Positions 41,942 through 52,142 of a DNA stretch of 64,000 nucleotides are shown here, piece by piece (the first letter of the stretch is position 1; every line of letters starts with the position of its first letter). The notes below the pieces were generated by a model. The model was not told where the DNA came from, did no database searches, and saw only the letters and a program-made list of their open reading frames with translations. The position numbers were made by a program, and so were the translations under genes. The stretch is from Kineosporiaceae bacterium (GTDB taxonomy: Bacteria > Actinomycetota > Actinomycetes > Actinomycetales > Kineosporiaceae), in the NCBI GenBank assembly GCA_046330935.1, contig JAXLRU010000005.1, positions 120,096 through 184,095 on the forward strand. Reading direction: 5' to 3'.

Positions 41942-44449
41942 ATGTCACTGTCGTCCCGCCGGTCGCGGATGGTCGGCGTCGCCACCGCCGGCGCCCTGGC
42001 CGCAGTCGCCCTCGTCGGGCCCCTCGGCTCGCCCGCGCAGGCCGCCACGTACAACTACACCGAGGCCCTGCAGAAGTCGATCATGTTCTACGAGGCGCAG
42101 CAGTCGGGGCGCCTGCCGTCGTGGAACCGGGTGCAGTGGCGCGGCGACGCGACCGTCAACGACGGTAAGGCCGCCGGGGTGGACCTGTCGGGCGGCTGGT
42201 ACGACGCGGGCGACCACGTGAAGTTCGGCTTCCCGATGGCGTTCGCGACGACGATGCTCGCGTGGGGCCTGGAGCACAACCGGGCCGGCTTCGTCTCGTC
42301 CAAGCAGCTCACCCCGATGGTGAACAACCTGCGCTGGGCCACCGACTACCTGATCGCGGCGCACCCGAGTCCGAACACCCTGTACGTGCAGGTCGGCGAC
42401 GGCAGCGTCGACCACGCGTACTGGGGTCCGCCGGAGGTCATCGACAAGCTGGGTCAGGCACGCCCGGTGGCCAAGATCGACACCACGTGCCGGGGAACCG
42501 ACGTCGCGGCCGAGACGGCCGCGTCGATGGCCGCCTCCGCCGTCGCGCTGCGCCCCTACGACGCCGCCTACGCCGACAAGCTCGTCACGCACGCCCAGCA
42601 GCTGATGGGGCTGGCCGAGACGCCGACGAACGTGGACGGCAAGGAGAACGCGTACGTCAACTGCGTGAAGGCGGCGCAGGGCTACTACACCTCGACCTTC
42701 GAGGGCGGGACCGCCAACCCGGGGGCCACCAAGATGTACTGGGACGAGCTGGCATGGGGTTCCCTGTGGCTCTACCGGGCGACGAACGACTCGTCGTGGC
42801 TGACCAAGGCCAAGGGTTACTACCCCAAGATGGGCACCGAGTCCCCGCCCGGGGGCGGCTGGAGTGATCAGGTGCCTGCCTACTCCTTCGGACTCGGCTG
42901 GAACGACAAGGAGTACGGCGTCTACGTGCTCATGGCCGCGCTGACCGGTGAGCAGCAGTACCGGACCGACGCCCAGCGGTACCTCGACTACTGGACGGTC
43001 GGGTACAACGGCAAGAAGGGCAAGTACACCCCCGGCGGCCTCGCGTTCATCTTCTACTGGGCTTCCCTGCGGATGTCCGCAGGCACCTCCTGGGCGGCCC
43101 TGGTCTACGCCGACTACCTCGGCAAGGACGACCCGCTCTATGCCCGGTACCACGACTTCGCGAAGCGCCAGATCGACTACGCCCTGGGTGACAACCCGGC
43201 CAAGCGCAGCTACATGGTCGGTTTCGGCGTGAACCCGCCCACGCACGTGCACCACCGTGCGGCCAGCGGCCAGTCGCTGGGGTACATGTCCGACCCCTCG
43301 GGCCCCAACCGTCACACCATCTACGGTGCTCTCGCGGGGGGACCCGACGACACCGACGGCTACGTCGACGACCGCAGCGACTACCAGCGCAACGAGGTCG
43401 CTGTCGACTACAACAGCAGCTTCACGGCGGCCCTGGCCCGGCTGGCCGCCGAGTACGGCGGTTCCCCGGTACCGGACTCCGCCCTGGTGGACCCCCAGCG
43501 GGACGCCGAGATGTCGGTGGGGCTGCTCAAGGACTTCTCCGGGCCCGACGGCTCGTCTTACCGCCTGCAGATCACCAACATGTCGGGCTGGCCACCGCGG
43601 ATCCTCTCCAAGGCGTCCCTGCGCTTCTACATCACCCTCGACGGCTCGACCACCGCCTCGCAGGTGTCGGTCACCTCGGGCCAGGACGCGTGCAAGACCG
43701 GCCCGCTCCAGCAGTACAAGGGCGCCGTCTGGTACGCGAACCTCGACTGCTCGGGGCTGGAGATCTACCCGGGCAGCACCTCCACCTACCAGAAGACGAC
43801 CTCGGTCAACTTCAAGGTGACCGGCGGCGCGGCCTGGGACCCGGCCAACGACTGGTCGGCCGGCGGGTCCGAGAAGGTGCAGCTGTTCGACGACGGCGTG
43901 CTCGTGTGGGGCTCCGACCCCGACGGGACGACGCCGAAGCCGACGACGTCCTCGCCGCGCCCCACCACGACCACCCCGGTGCCGACGACGACGAGCCCCG
44001 AGCCCACGACCAGCTCGCCGACGACGACTAAGAAGTCGAGCACCAAGAAGTCCTCGACGAGGAAGACCTCGCCGAAGAAGACGTCGACGAAGAAGAAGAC
44101 GTCCAAGAAGAAGTCGACCAAGAAGAAGACCACCAAGCGCACGCGCAACGCCGCCGGCCAGGCGTGCGAGGCGGAGCTCGTGGTGACCGACAGCTGGGGC
44201 ACCGGGTACCGGGCCCAGATCAGCGTCACGGCCCTGCGCTCGCTCACCGGCTGGGCGGTCAGCGCGCCGGCGACCGGGACCGCGCTCACCCAGTCGTGGG
44301 GCGGCTCCGTCGTCCTCGACGGCGGCTCACTGTCGGTCCGCCCGGCCTCGGCGGTCGCCGCTCGGGGCGCCGGCACCACGGCGGTCGTCGGCTTCACCGC
44401 CACGGGCGACGCCTCCGCTGCGCCCACCGCCCTGGCCTGTCAGGGCTGA
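41942..44449 (+). CDS. Secreted GH9 endoglucanase: signal peptide - GH9 catalytic domain - CBM3c-like domain - Thr/Pro then polylysine linker - CBM2
   Basis: Signal peptide ending AQA. GH9 signatures ([20 protein letters not shown]; HRAASG; catalytic D/E in the DYQRNEVA region). C-terminal CBM2 with Cys bracket and conserved Trp. Linker [37 protein letters not shown]. Confidence 0.9.
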   Translation: MSLSSRRSRMVGVATAGALAAVALVGPLGSPAQAATYNYTEALQKSIMFYEAQQSGRLPSWNRVQWRGDATVNDGKAAGVDLSGGWYDAGDHVKFGFPMAFATTMLAWGLEHNRAGFVSSKQLTPMVNNLRWATDYLIAAHPSPNTLYVQVGDGSVDHAYWGPPEVIDKLGQARPVAKIDTTCRGTDVAAETAASMAASAVALRPYDAAYADKLVTHAQQLMGLAETPTNVDGKENAYVNCVKAAQGYYTSTFEGGTANPGATKMYWDELAWGSLWLYRATNDSSWLTKAKGYYPKMGTESPPGGGWSDQVPAYSFGLGWNDKEYGVYVLMAALTGEQQYRTDAQRYLDYWTVGYNGKKGKYTPGGLAFIFYWASLRMSAGTSWAALVYADYLGKDDPLYARYHDFAKRQIDYALGDNPAKRSYMVGFGVNPPTHVHHRAASGQSLGYMSDPSGPNRHTIYGALAGGPDDTDGYVDDRSDYQRNEVAVDYNSSFTAALARLAAEYGGSPVPDSALVDPQRDAEMSVGLLKDFSGPDGSSYRLQITNMSGWPPRILSKASLRFYITLDGSTTASQVSVTSGQDACKTGPLQQYKGAVWYANLDCSGLEIYPGSTSTYQKTTSVNFKVTGGAAWDPANDWSAGGSEKVQLFDDGVLVWGSDPDGTTPKPTTSSPRPTTTTPVPTTTSPEPTTSSPTTTKKSSTKKSSTRKTSPKKTSTKKKTSKKKSTKKKTTKRTRNAAGQACEAELVVTDSWGTGYRAQISVTALRSLTGWAVSAPATGTALTQSWGGSVVLDGGSLSVRPASAVAARGAGTTAVVGFTATGDASAAPTALACQG

Positions 44450-44468
44450 TCCACCGGTCCACGCGGGC

Positions 44469-44495
44469 GGGGCCCGGCTCCTGCCGGGCCCCGTT
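44469..44495 (+). terminator. Intrinsic-terminator-like hairpin after the GH9 gene
   Basis: GGGGCCCGGC-TCCT-GCCGGGCCCC 10-bp stem followed by GTTCGCGTG. Confidence 0.45.
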
Positions 44496-44655
44496 CGCGT
44501 GCATCTGCTCTGGCGGGACCCGTCCCGCGTCGGGCAGAATGCCGACGAACGAGCACGACGCGTCACATCCGTGACGGATGAACAGATCCGCCCTTTGCCC
44601 GGTCTCGCAGGTCGTTGGGGAAGACGAACCTCGAACCCGGCCAAGGAGGTCTGTC

Positions 44656-45159
44656 ATGTCCGACGGCATGACCCGCGGAGTGCTGTTCGTGCACTCGGCG
44701 CCGCGCGCGCTGTGCCCGCACATCGAGTGGGCCGCCGGCGGCGCCCTCGGCGTGCGCGTGTCCCTGGACTGGACCGCGCAGCCCGCCGCGCCGTCGGCGC
44801 TGCGCGCCGAGCTGTCCTGGCAGGGAGCCCCCGGAACCGGTGCACGGCTGACGTCGGCGCTGCGCGGCTGGGCGCACCTGCGCTACGAGGTGACCGAGGA
44901 GCCCAGCGCGGGCGTCGACGGTGCCCGCTGGCTGCACACCCCCGACCTCGGGGTCTTCCACGCCGTCATGGACGTGCACGGCAACACGCTGGTCCCCGAG
45001 GACCGGGTGCGTGCCGCGATGGTCGACCACGCAGGCGACCCCGCGCGGCTGACCTCGGCCCTGCACGTGGCGCTCGGCAGCGCCTGGGACGACGAGCTCG
45101 AGCCCTTCCGCTACGCCGGTGAGGGCGCCCCCGTGCGCTGGCTGCACCGCGTCGGCTGA
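44656..45159 (+). CDS. DUF3145 domain protein (actinobacterial, FAS-II neighbourhood)
   Basis: MTRGVLFVHSAPRALCPHIEWAAGGALG is the conserved DUF3145 N-terminus. RBS AAGGAGG. Confidence 0.7.
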   Translation: MSDGMTRGVLFVHSAPRALCPHIEWAAGGALGVRVSLDWTAQPAAPSALRAELSWQGAPGTGARLTSALRGWAHLRYEVTEEPSAGVDGARWLHTPDLGVFHAVMDVHGNTLVPEDRVRAAMVDHAGDPARLTSALHVALGSAWDDELEPFRYAGEGAPVRWLHRVG

Positions 45160-45237
45160 CCCGCCGGACGACGACAGGGCCCGAACCCACCGTGCCGGTG
45201 AGGTCGGGCCCCGCGGACGCCGGACGTGCAGGAGCGG

Positions 45238-46491
45238 TCAGTCGACGGTCGCGAAGAGCAGCGCGGCGTTGTGCCCGCCGAAGCCGAAGGAGTTGTTGAG
45301 GGCCACGAGGTGACCCTCGCCGAGGGGACGCGGGTCCTTGCGCACCACGTCGAGCTCGACGGCCGGGTCGAGATCCTCGATGTTGATGGTGGGCGGGGCC
45401 TGGCGCTCGTGCAGCGCGAGCACCGTGAACAGGCTCTCGAGCGCGCCCGCCGCTCCGAGCAGGTGGCCCGTCGCCGACTTCGTCGCGGACACGGCGATCG
45501 AGTCCACGGCGTCCCCGAGCGCCCGCCGCAGCGACGTCGCCTCGGCGACGTCCCCCGCGGGGGTGGACGTGGCGTGCGCATTGACGTGGACGATGTCGCC
45601 GGGCGTCAGACCGGCCTGGCGCAGGGCGCCCTCGATGGCGCGGGCGGCTCCGGCGCCCTCGGGGTCGGGCGCGGCGATGTGGTAGGCGTCGGACGTGAGG
45701 GCGGCACCGACCAGCTCGGCATAGATCGTGGCGCCGCGGGCCTTGGCGTGCTCGTACTCCTCGAGGACCAGCAGGCACGCGCCCTCGCCCAGGACGAAGC
45801 CGTCGCGGGTCGTGTCGTAGGGGCGGGAGGCCGTCTCGGGGGTGTCGTTGCGCGTCGACAGCGCCTGCATCGCGGCGAAGCCCGCGATCGGGAGGGGGTG
45901 GATGGCCGCCTCGGTGCCGCCCGCGAGGACGACGTCGGCGTTGTCGGCGCGGATCATGTCGGCGCCGTAGGCGATCGCCTCGGCGCCGGAGGCGCAGGCC
46001 GAGACGGTGGTGTGCACGCCGGCCTTGGCACCGATCTCGAGGCTCACCGCCGCCGCGGGGCCGTTGGGCATCAGCATCGGGACGGTCAGCGGGAACACCC
46101 GCCGGGCGCCCTTCTCCTTGAGCGTGTCGTAGGCGGTGAGCAGCGTCCACACCCCGCCGATGCCGGAGGCGCACACGACGCCGATCCGCTCGGGCTCGGC
46201 CTGGACGTCCCCTGCGTGGGCCCACGCCTCGCGGGCCGCCACCAGCGCGTACTGGCCCGACGGGTCGAGCCGGCGCGTCTCCACCTTGGTGAGGACCTCC
46301 GACGCGGGCACCGCCAGCTCACCCGCGAACGTCACCGGGACGTCGAAGGTCTCCAGCCACGGCTGCTGGATCGGCGCGATCCCCGAGCGGCCGGCGAGCA
46401 GGGCCTGCCAGCTGCTGGAGGCGTCGCCGCCCAGCGGGCTCGTGGCGCCGAACCCGGTGACGACGACCCGACGGGACGTGGCGGATGCCAT
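45238..46491 (-). CDS. kasA: Beta-ketoacyl-ACP synthase II (KasA/FabF)
   Basis: Active-site Cys in VCASGIGG..., HTTVSACASG, His-His pair (HATSTPAGD; NSFGFGGHNAALLF). 417 aa. Confidence 0.9.
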   Translation of the reverse strand: MASATSRRVVVTGFGATSPLGGDASSSWQALLAGRSGIAPIQQPWLETFDVPVTFAGELAVPASEVLTKVETRRLDPSGQYALVAAREAWAHAGDVQAEPERIGVVCASGIGGVWTLLTAYDTLKEKGARRVFPLTVPMLMPNGPAAAVSLEIGAKAGVHTTVSACASGAEAIAYGADMIRADNADVVLAGGTEAAIHPLPIAGFAAMQALSTRNDTPETASRPYDTTRDGFVLGEGACLLVLEEYEHAKARGATIYAELVGAALTSDAYHIAAPDPEGAGAARAIEGALRQAGLTPGDIVHVNAHATSTPAGDVAEATSLRRALGDAVDSIAVSATKSATGHLLGAAGALESLFTVLALHERQAPPTINIEDLDPAVELDVVRKDPRPLGEGHLVALNNSFGFGGHNAALLFATVD

Positions 46492-46604
46492 GGTGATCGC
46501 TGCTCCTCGTGGGGCGGTGTGCGGTCGGACGGCGGGGCGCAGCGCCCCTGGATGACGAGCGCCGTGGGGCGCGGCCTTCTCGACCGCGCCCTCGGCGTCG
46601 CGGC

Positions 46605-46853
46605 TCAGCCCTGGGCGGACTGGATGTAGGAGACGGCGTCGCCCACGGTCTTGAGGTTCTTGACGTCGTCGTCGGGGATCCGGACGCCGAACTTCTCCTC
46701 CGCGTTCACGACGATCGTCATCATCGACAGCGAGTCGATGTCGAGGTCGTCGGTGAAGGACTTGTCGAGCTGGACGTCGTCGGCCGGCACGCCCGTCTCT
46801 TCGTTGACGATCTCCGCCAGACCGCTGAGGATCTCCTGCTCGCTCAGTGCCAT
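46605..46853 (-). CDS. acpM: Acyl carrier protein (meromycolate-type AcpM-like)
   Basis: DSL phosphopantetheine motif in DLDIDSLSMM. 82 aa from MALSEQEIL. Confidence 0.9.
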   Translation of the reverse strand: MALSEQEILSGLAEIVNEETGVPADDVQLDKSFTDDLDIDSLSMMTIVVNAEEKFGVRIPDDDVKNLKTVGDAVSYIQSAQG

Positions 46854-46956
46854 TGCCACGTGCTCCTTCGAGATGTCGGTGCTCACCCGGCCGAGGCCGG
46901 CGCGGGGGGTTTCGGGGACCGCCGCGGGGGCGGTCAGGGGCGGGGATCAGCGTAGG

Positions 46957-47952
46957 TCACGGCAACCGCACCACCTGCGCGGCGTACACGAGCCCGGCGC
47001 CGAACCCGATCATCAGGGCGAGCCCGCCGGAGGGGGCCAGGCCCTCGGCGAGCATCCGGTCCATCGCCAGCGGGATCGACGCGGCCGAGGTGTTGCCCGA
47101 GTCGACGATGTCGCGGGCCACGGGGACCGAGGCGGGCAGCTGCAGCTGCTTGACCATCGCGTCGACGATGCGGATGTTGGCCTGGTGGGGGATGAAGGCC
47201 GCCAGCTCCTCGGCGGCCACGCCCGCGGCGTCCAGCGCCTTGCGGGCCACGGGCGCCATCTGCCACACGGCCCAGCGGAACACCGTCTGGCCGGCCATGG
47301 TCAGGGCGGGCCAGGTCGGGTCGCCGTCGCGCACCTCCAGCCACGAGCGGGAGTTGCGGATCGCCTCCCACTGGGCCCCGTCGCTGCCGGCGATCGTCGG
47401 TCCGATCCCCGGCTCGTCGGAGGGGCCCACCACGACCGCTCCCGCACCGTCGCCGAACAGGAAGGCGGTCGAGCGGTCCGTGGGGTCGGTGAAGTCGCTG
47501 AGCTTCTCCACGCCGACGACGAGCACGTGCCGCGCGCTGCCGGCGCGCACCATGTCGGAGGCGAGGCTGACGCCGTAGCAGAAGCCGGCGCAGGCAGCGG
47601 AGAGGTCGGCCGCGGCGGCGGGGGTGGCGCCGATCCGGTCGGTGAGGATCGCCGCCGCCGACGGCGTCTGGTACGGGTGGGTGACCGACGCCACGAGCAC
47701 GGCGTCGACGTCCTGGGGGGACAGCCCCGCGCGCTCGATCGCCTGCAGGGCCGCGTGCTCGGCCATGTCGACGACGCTCTCCTCGGGCGCGGCCCGGCGC
47801 CGCGTCACGATGCCGGAGCGTTCCCGGATCCACTCGTCGGAGCTGTCGATGTGGCGGCAGATCTCCTCGTTGGTGACGACGCGCTGCGGGCGGTAGGCCC
47901 CGACGGAGAGGATCCGCGCGTGCGGGACGGCGGTGGGCGACTGCAGGCTCAC
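46957..47952 (-). CDS. fabH: Beta-ketoacyl-ACP synthase III
   Basis: Active Cys in AACAGFCYG, His/Asn (HQANIRI; GNTSAASIPLA). 331 aa. Confidence 0.9.
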   Translation of the reverse strand: MSLQSPTAVPHARILSVGAYRPQRVVTNEEICRHIDSSDEWIRERSGIVTRRRAAPEESVVDMAEHAALQAIERAGLSPQDVDAVLVASVTHPYQTPSAAAILTDRIGATPAAAADLSAACAGFCYGVSLASDMVRAGSARHVLVVGVEKLSDFTDPTDRSTAFLFGDGAGAVVVGPSDEPGIGPTIAGSDGAQWEAIRNSRSWLEVRDGDPTWPALTMAGQTVFRWAVWQMAPVARKALDAAGVAAEELAAFIPHQANIRIVDAMVKQLQLPASVPVARDIVDSGNTSAASIPLAMDRMLAEGLAPSGGLALMIGFGAGLVYAAQVVRLP

Positions 47953-48911
47953 CGGGCAGCCCCGGCCTCGTGGAGGGCCGCGCGCGCGGCGTCCAGCTGC
48001 TCGGGGCCCTTCAGGGCGATGGCGGCGACGCCGGGCAGCGCGCGCTTGGCGAGGTTGGCGAGCGTCCCCGCCGGTGCGGGCTCCACCACGGTGGCGACCC
48101 CGAGGGCGGCCAGGCGCTGCTGGCAGAGGTCCCAGCGCACCGGGTTGCTCACCTGCGACACCAGGCGGGCCAGGGCGTCGGCGCCGTCGGTGACCACCTC
48201 GCCGTCGGCGTTCGACAGCAGCGGTAGCTGCGGGTCCTTCGCGGGCACCTGCTCCGCCGCCGCAGCCAGGACGGGCACCGCGGGCGCCATCGTCGCGGTG
48301 TGGAAGGCTCCGGCGACCTGCAGCGGGATGACCCGGGCGCGGGCCGGGGCGGCGGCGGCGAGCGCGTCGAGCGCCGCGCGCGGGCCGGCGGCGACCACCT
48401 GCCCGGCACCGTTGACGTTGGCGGGGGTGAGGCCCAGCGTGGACAGGGCCGCCAGCACCTCGTCGGGGTCACCGCCCAACACCGCCGCCATGCCCGTGTC
48501 CTCGGCGGCCGCCGCCTGCGCCATCGCGCGGCCCCGCGTGGCCACGAGCGAGACGGCCTGCGTGCCGGTGAGCACCCCTGCCGCGGCCGCGGCCGCGAAC
48601 TCGCCCACCGAGTGCCCCGCGACCGCGCCGACGCCGGCGGCGGCCAGGCGCGCGTCGAGGTCGTCCAGCCGCAGGCTCGCGCCGTCGTCCACCAGGGCGG
48701 CCAGGCAGAGCAGGGACGTCGCCGTGATCAGCGGCTGGGCGACGGAGGTGTCGCGGATGGTGTCGGCGTCGCTGGTCGTCCCGTGGGCGGCGAGGTCGAG
48801 CCCCGCAGCGGCCGAGAGGGCCTCGATCAGGTCCGCGGCACCGGGCAGCTCCAGCCACGGCGCGAGCATTCCGGGGGTCTGAGAGCCCTGACCCGGGCAC
48901 AGGATCGCCAG
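47949..48911 (-). CDS. fabD: ACP S-malonyltransferase
   Basis: GQGSQ motif and active Ser in GHSVGE. GTG start at 48911 chosen by homology to mycobacterial FabD N-termini; the track ORF extends to 48947. Confidence 0.85.
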   Translation of the reverse strand: MAILCPGQGSQTPGMLAPWLELPGAADLIEALSAAAGLDLAAHGTTSDADTIRDTSVAQPLITATSLLCLAALVDDGASLRLDDLDARLAAAGVGAVAGHSVGEFAAAAAAGVLTGTQAVSLVATRGRAMAQAAAAEDTGMAAVLGGDPDEVLAALSTLGLTPANVNGAGQVVAAGPRAALDALAAAAPARARVIPLQVAGAFHTATMAPAVPVLAAAAEQVPAKDPQLPLLSNADGEVVTDGADALARLVSQVSNPVRWDLCQQRLAALGVATVVEPAPAGTLANLAKRALPGVAAIALKGPEQLDAARAALHEAGAAR

Positions 48912-48992
48912 CACGTCACCAGCCTCGCCATGCGGGGCGGCGAGCACCGCCGACGCCAGGCACGAACTGCTCTTCCCAGGATTGGAGGGTTC

Positions 48993-50198
48993 CTACAAGG
49001 CGGCCGTGGCCTGCGCGGAGACCGTCTCGCGGGCGCCCCGGCGACCCGCCCGGCTCAGCCTGCCGACGGCGATCGCCACCTGCAGGACGAAGGCCTCGCG
49101 CGGCTCCGTCGGGTCCCACCCGCTGACGTCGGCGACGCGCTTGAGGCGGTAGCGGACGGTGTTGGGGTGCACGAACAACGCCCTCGCCGTGGCCTCCAGG
49201 GACCGCCCGAGGTCGAGATAGGTCGCGGCGGTCTCCAGCAGCGGCGCGTCGACGTCGGCCAGCCGCTGGTAGGCGCGCTCCACGAGCTCCTGCCTCGCGG
49301 CGTCGTCGCCGCACATCAGCCGCTCCGGGAGCAGGTCGTCGGCGGCGACGGGGCGCGGGGCGGCGGGCCAGGCCGGGGCGGCGGCGAGCCCGGCCAGGGC
49401 CGCCTGCGCCGAGCGCCCGGCCTCGTCGAGGTGGGGCACGACCGGCCCGGTGACGACCGGGCCGGGGCCGAACAGCGAGGTCAGGTGCGCCGCCAGGGCG
49501 GTGGGGTCGACGTGGCGGCCCACCACCGCGACGACGCGGTCGCCCTGCACGCCCACCAGCGCGTCCCCGCCCTTGGCGCGGGCCGCGCGACGCAGGTCCT
49601 CGACGACGGCCGCGACGGTGCCGACGGGGGAGGAGCCCGCCACCACGAGCAGCGGGGAGTCGCCGGGCCAGCCGAGGGCGGCGGCGCGCGAGCGGACGCC
49701 GTCGTCGGCCTCGCCGCGCACGAGGGCGTCGACGACGAGGGCCTCCAACCGCGCGTCCCACGCCCCGCGCGCCTCGGCCGCCTGCGCGTAGATCATGGCG
49801 GCCGCGAAGGCGACCTCGCGGCTGTAGCGCAGCACCGACTCGCGCACCATCTGCTCGGCGCCGGGCTCGGAGATCTCCTCGACGTGGTCCTCCACGACGT
49901 CGACGACCACCCGCACCAGCTCCAGCGTCTGCTGCAGGGAGATCGACCGGGTCAGCTCGCGGGGGGCGGTGCCGAACACGTCGGACGTCACGGCCGGCAC
50001 CGTGCCCGGCTTCTCGAACCACGAGATGAAGGCGGCGATGCCGGCCTGGGCGACCAGCCCCACCCAGGACCGGTCCTGCGCGCTCTTTGCCCGGAACCAC
50101 GGCAGCGACTCGTCCATCCGCTGTGCCGCGGCCGTCGCCAGCTTGCCGCTGTTGCGTCGCAGTCGCAGCAGGGCCGCATCGGGTTCGGCGTGGGTCAT
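48993..50198 (-). CDS. PucR-family transcriptional regulator (MabR/FasR-like, upstream of FAS-II genes)
   Basis: C-terminal PucR HTH (LETAATYLDLGRSLEATARALFVHPNTVRYRLKRVADVSGWDP) plus an N-terminal GGDEF-like/PucR sensor region. Positioned as Rv2242 relative to fabD-acpM-kasA. Confidence 0.7.
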   Translation of the reverse strand: MTHAEPDAALLRLRRNSGKLATAAAQRMDESLPWFRAKSAQDRSWVGLVAQAGIAAFISWFEKPGTVPAVTSDVFGTAPRELTRSISLQQTLELVRVVVDVVEDHVEEISEPGAEQMVRESVLRYSREVAFAAAMIYAQAAEARGAWDARLEALVVDALVRGEADDGVRSRAAALGWPGDSPLLVVAGSSPVGTVAAVVEDLRRAARAKGGDALVGVQGDRVVAVVGRHVDPTALAAHLTSLFGPGPVVTGPVVPHLDEAGRSAQAALAGLAAAPAWPAAPRPVAADDLLPERLMCGDDAARQELVERAYQRLADVDAPLLETAATYLDLGRSLEATARALFVHPNTVRYRLKRVADVSGWDPTEPREAFVLQVAIAVGRLSRAGRRGARETVSAQATAAL

Positions 50199-50297
50199 GA
50201 CGGCGAGCGTACCCAGCGCGCGCGGGCGCGGACGCCCGGGTTTGTGTTCACCCCACAAACGGGTGCCGACGGCGAGGTGGACGGCGCGCCGGCGCCG

Positions 50298-51155
50298 TCA
50301 GTCGCGCCCGCGGGCCGCGAGCTCCTCGGCCACCGGCGGCACCTGCGTGAACAGCTCGCGCGGGGGGCGCTGGTAGTCGGGTGCGGGAGGTCGGGGCGGC
50401 AGCTCCAGCGACATCCTCGACGGCGCCTCGTAGGGCAGCGTGGACAACAGGTGGCTGATCATGTTGATCCGCGCGTGGCGCTTCACGTCGGCCTCGACCG
50501 TGTACCAGGGCGCCTCGGGGATGTCGGTGTGCACGAACATCTCGTCCTTGGCGCGCGAGAAGTCGACCCACTTGTCGCGCGTGCGCAGGTCGTTCTCCGA
50601 GAACTTCCAGCGCCGCAGCGGGTCCTCCAACCGGGACCGGAAACGGCGCTCCTGCTCCTCGTCGCTGACCGAGAACCAGTACTTGCGAAGGAGGATGCCG
50701 TCCTGCACCAGCATCCGCTCGAACAGCGGGCACTGGCGCAGGAAGAGCCGGTACTGCTCCGGCGTGCAGTAGCCCATGACGCGCTCGACCCCGGCGCGGT
50801 TGTACCAGGAGCGGTCGAGCAGCACGATCTCGCCCGCCGCCGGCAGGTGGGCGACGTAGCGCTGGAAGTACCACTGCGTCTGCTCGCGCTCCGTCGGCGT
50901 CGGCAGCGCCACGATCCGCGCCACGCGCGGGTTGAGGAACTCGGTGATGCGCTTGATCGTGCTGCCCTTGCCCGCGGCGTCGCGGCCCTCGAACACGACC
51001 ACGAGGCGCTGGCCGGTGGCCTTCACCCATTCCTGGACGGCGACCAGCTCGCCCTGCAGCCGGCGTAGCTCGGCCTCGTACCCCTTGCGGGACAGCCGGG
51101 GGCCCGTGGACTCGGCGGATCGGTCGCGGTCGTGCGCGGAGTGTGCGGCGGACAT
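50298..51155 (-). CDS. ppk2: Polyphosphate kinase 2 family (polyP:nucleotide phosphotransferase)
   Basis: Walker A FEGRDAAGKGSTIKR and Walker B/lid region. 285 aa single-domain PPK2. Confidence 0.85.
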   Translation of the reverse strand: MSAAHSAHDRDRSAESTGPRLSRKGYEAELRRLQGELVAVQEWVKATGQRLVVVFEGRDAAGKGSTIKRITEFLNPRVARIVALPTPTEREQTQWYFQRYVAHLPAAGEIVLLDRSWYNRAGVERVMGYCTPEQYRLFLRQCPLFERMLVQDGILLRKYWFSVSDEEQERRFRSRLEDPLRRWKFSENDLRTRDKWVDFSRAKDEMFVHTDIPEAPWYTVEADVKRHARINMISHLLSTLPYEAPSRMSLELPPRPPAPDYQRPPRELFTQVPPVAEELAARGRD

Positions 51156-51364
51156 GGCCCCACTCCACCGTCGGGCCGCCCTCCGGCGCAAGGCGGACAT
51201 GCCCCCGATCAGGACCCGATGTCCGGCTACGCCATGATTGCCCCGATCCGGCGCACGGGGCGCGGCGGCTGGTCGCTCCTGACGGGTGCCGGGGCTATGG
51301 TCGAGAGGCCGGGTGAGGCGCACGCAGCACCAGGGCGCGCTGAACCCGGGGGAGGAGGACGGCA

Positions 51365-52075
51365 ATGCCGCTGTGGAGCCGTTGGGACAGGCTGAGGCGG
51401 CGCCTTGCCGCGCCCTCGGCACCCGCCGTGCCGACCGATGCCCCGTCGGAGACGGCGCTGCGCGCCCGGCTGAACGCCGATCCGAACGACGTGGCCGCGT
51501 TCGCCACCCTGGCCGAGGTGGTCCGCACCCGCGCCCACGACTCCGCCGAGCGTCCGGCCTACCCGCGCCGCGCCCGCTCGGCCGACCCGGGTCGCGAGGC
51601 GGACGACGCTGTCTGGGCGCTCGCCGAGGAACTCGCCCACTCGCCTCGTGCCTGGTTCCCCCTCATCGAGATGGCGCGCCTGTCCATCGACGACGACCGC
51701 GGGGGCGCCATGCGCCGCCTCGGCACGGCGGCGGAACGCGACCCCAGCGGTGAGGCGCTCGTCGAGGGGGTGGCCATGCTCCGCCGGGCCGGGCACCCCA
51801 CGGATGCACTCAACCTCGGCGTCGGGCATTGGCGCCCTCGCGAGCACACCCCAGCCGTGGGCCGGCACCTCGTCGAGGCGGCCCTGGAGACCGGTCGCGC
51901 CCCCGAGGCGCGCCGCCATCTCGCCGCGCTCGCCGGGCGCGAGGACGCCGCCGAGCTGCGCGGCCTGCTGGAGGAGCTCGAGCAGCAGATCAAGCGCGTG
52001 GACCGTGGGCGGACGATCGACCTGCGCACCGCCAACGAGCAGGTCGGCGAGGGCCGCCCGGGTCGCGACCGCTGA
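51365..52075 (+). CDS. Hypothetical protein (helical, TPR-like?)
   Basis: RBS GGAGGA 8 nt upstream of the ATG. Coding-like third-position GC bias. The opposite-strand ORF looks like an artefact. Confidence 0.4.
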   Translation: MPLWSRWDRLRRRLAAPSAPAVPTDAPSETALRARLNADPNDVAAFATLAEVVRTRAHDSAERPAYPRRARSADPGREADDAVWALAEELAHSPRAWFPLIEMARLSIDDDRGGAMRRLGTAAERDPSGEALVEGVAMLRRAGHPTDALNLGVGHWRPREHTPAVGRHLVEAALETGRAPEARRHLAALAGREDAAELRGLLEELEQQIKRVDRGRTIDLRTANEQVGEGRPGRDR

Positions 52076-52142
52076 GCCCGGCCCCACGCGAGGACGCCCC
52101 CGGCACCTGGGGTGCCGGGGGCGTCGTGCGTGAGGGCGGTGC

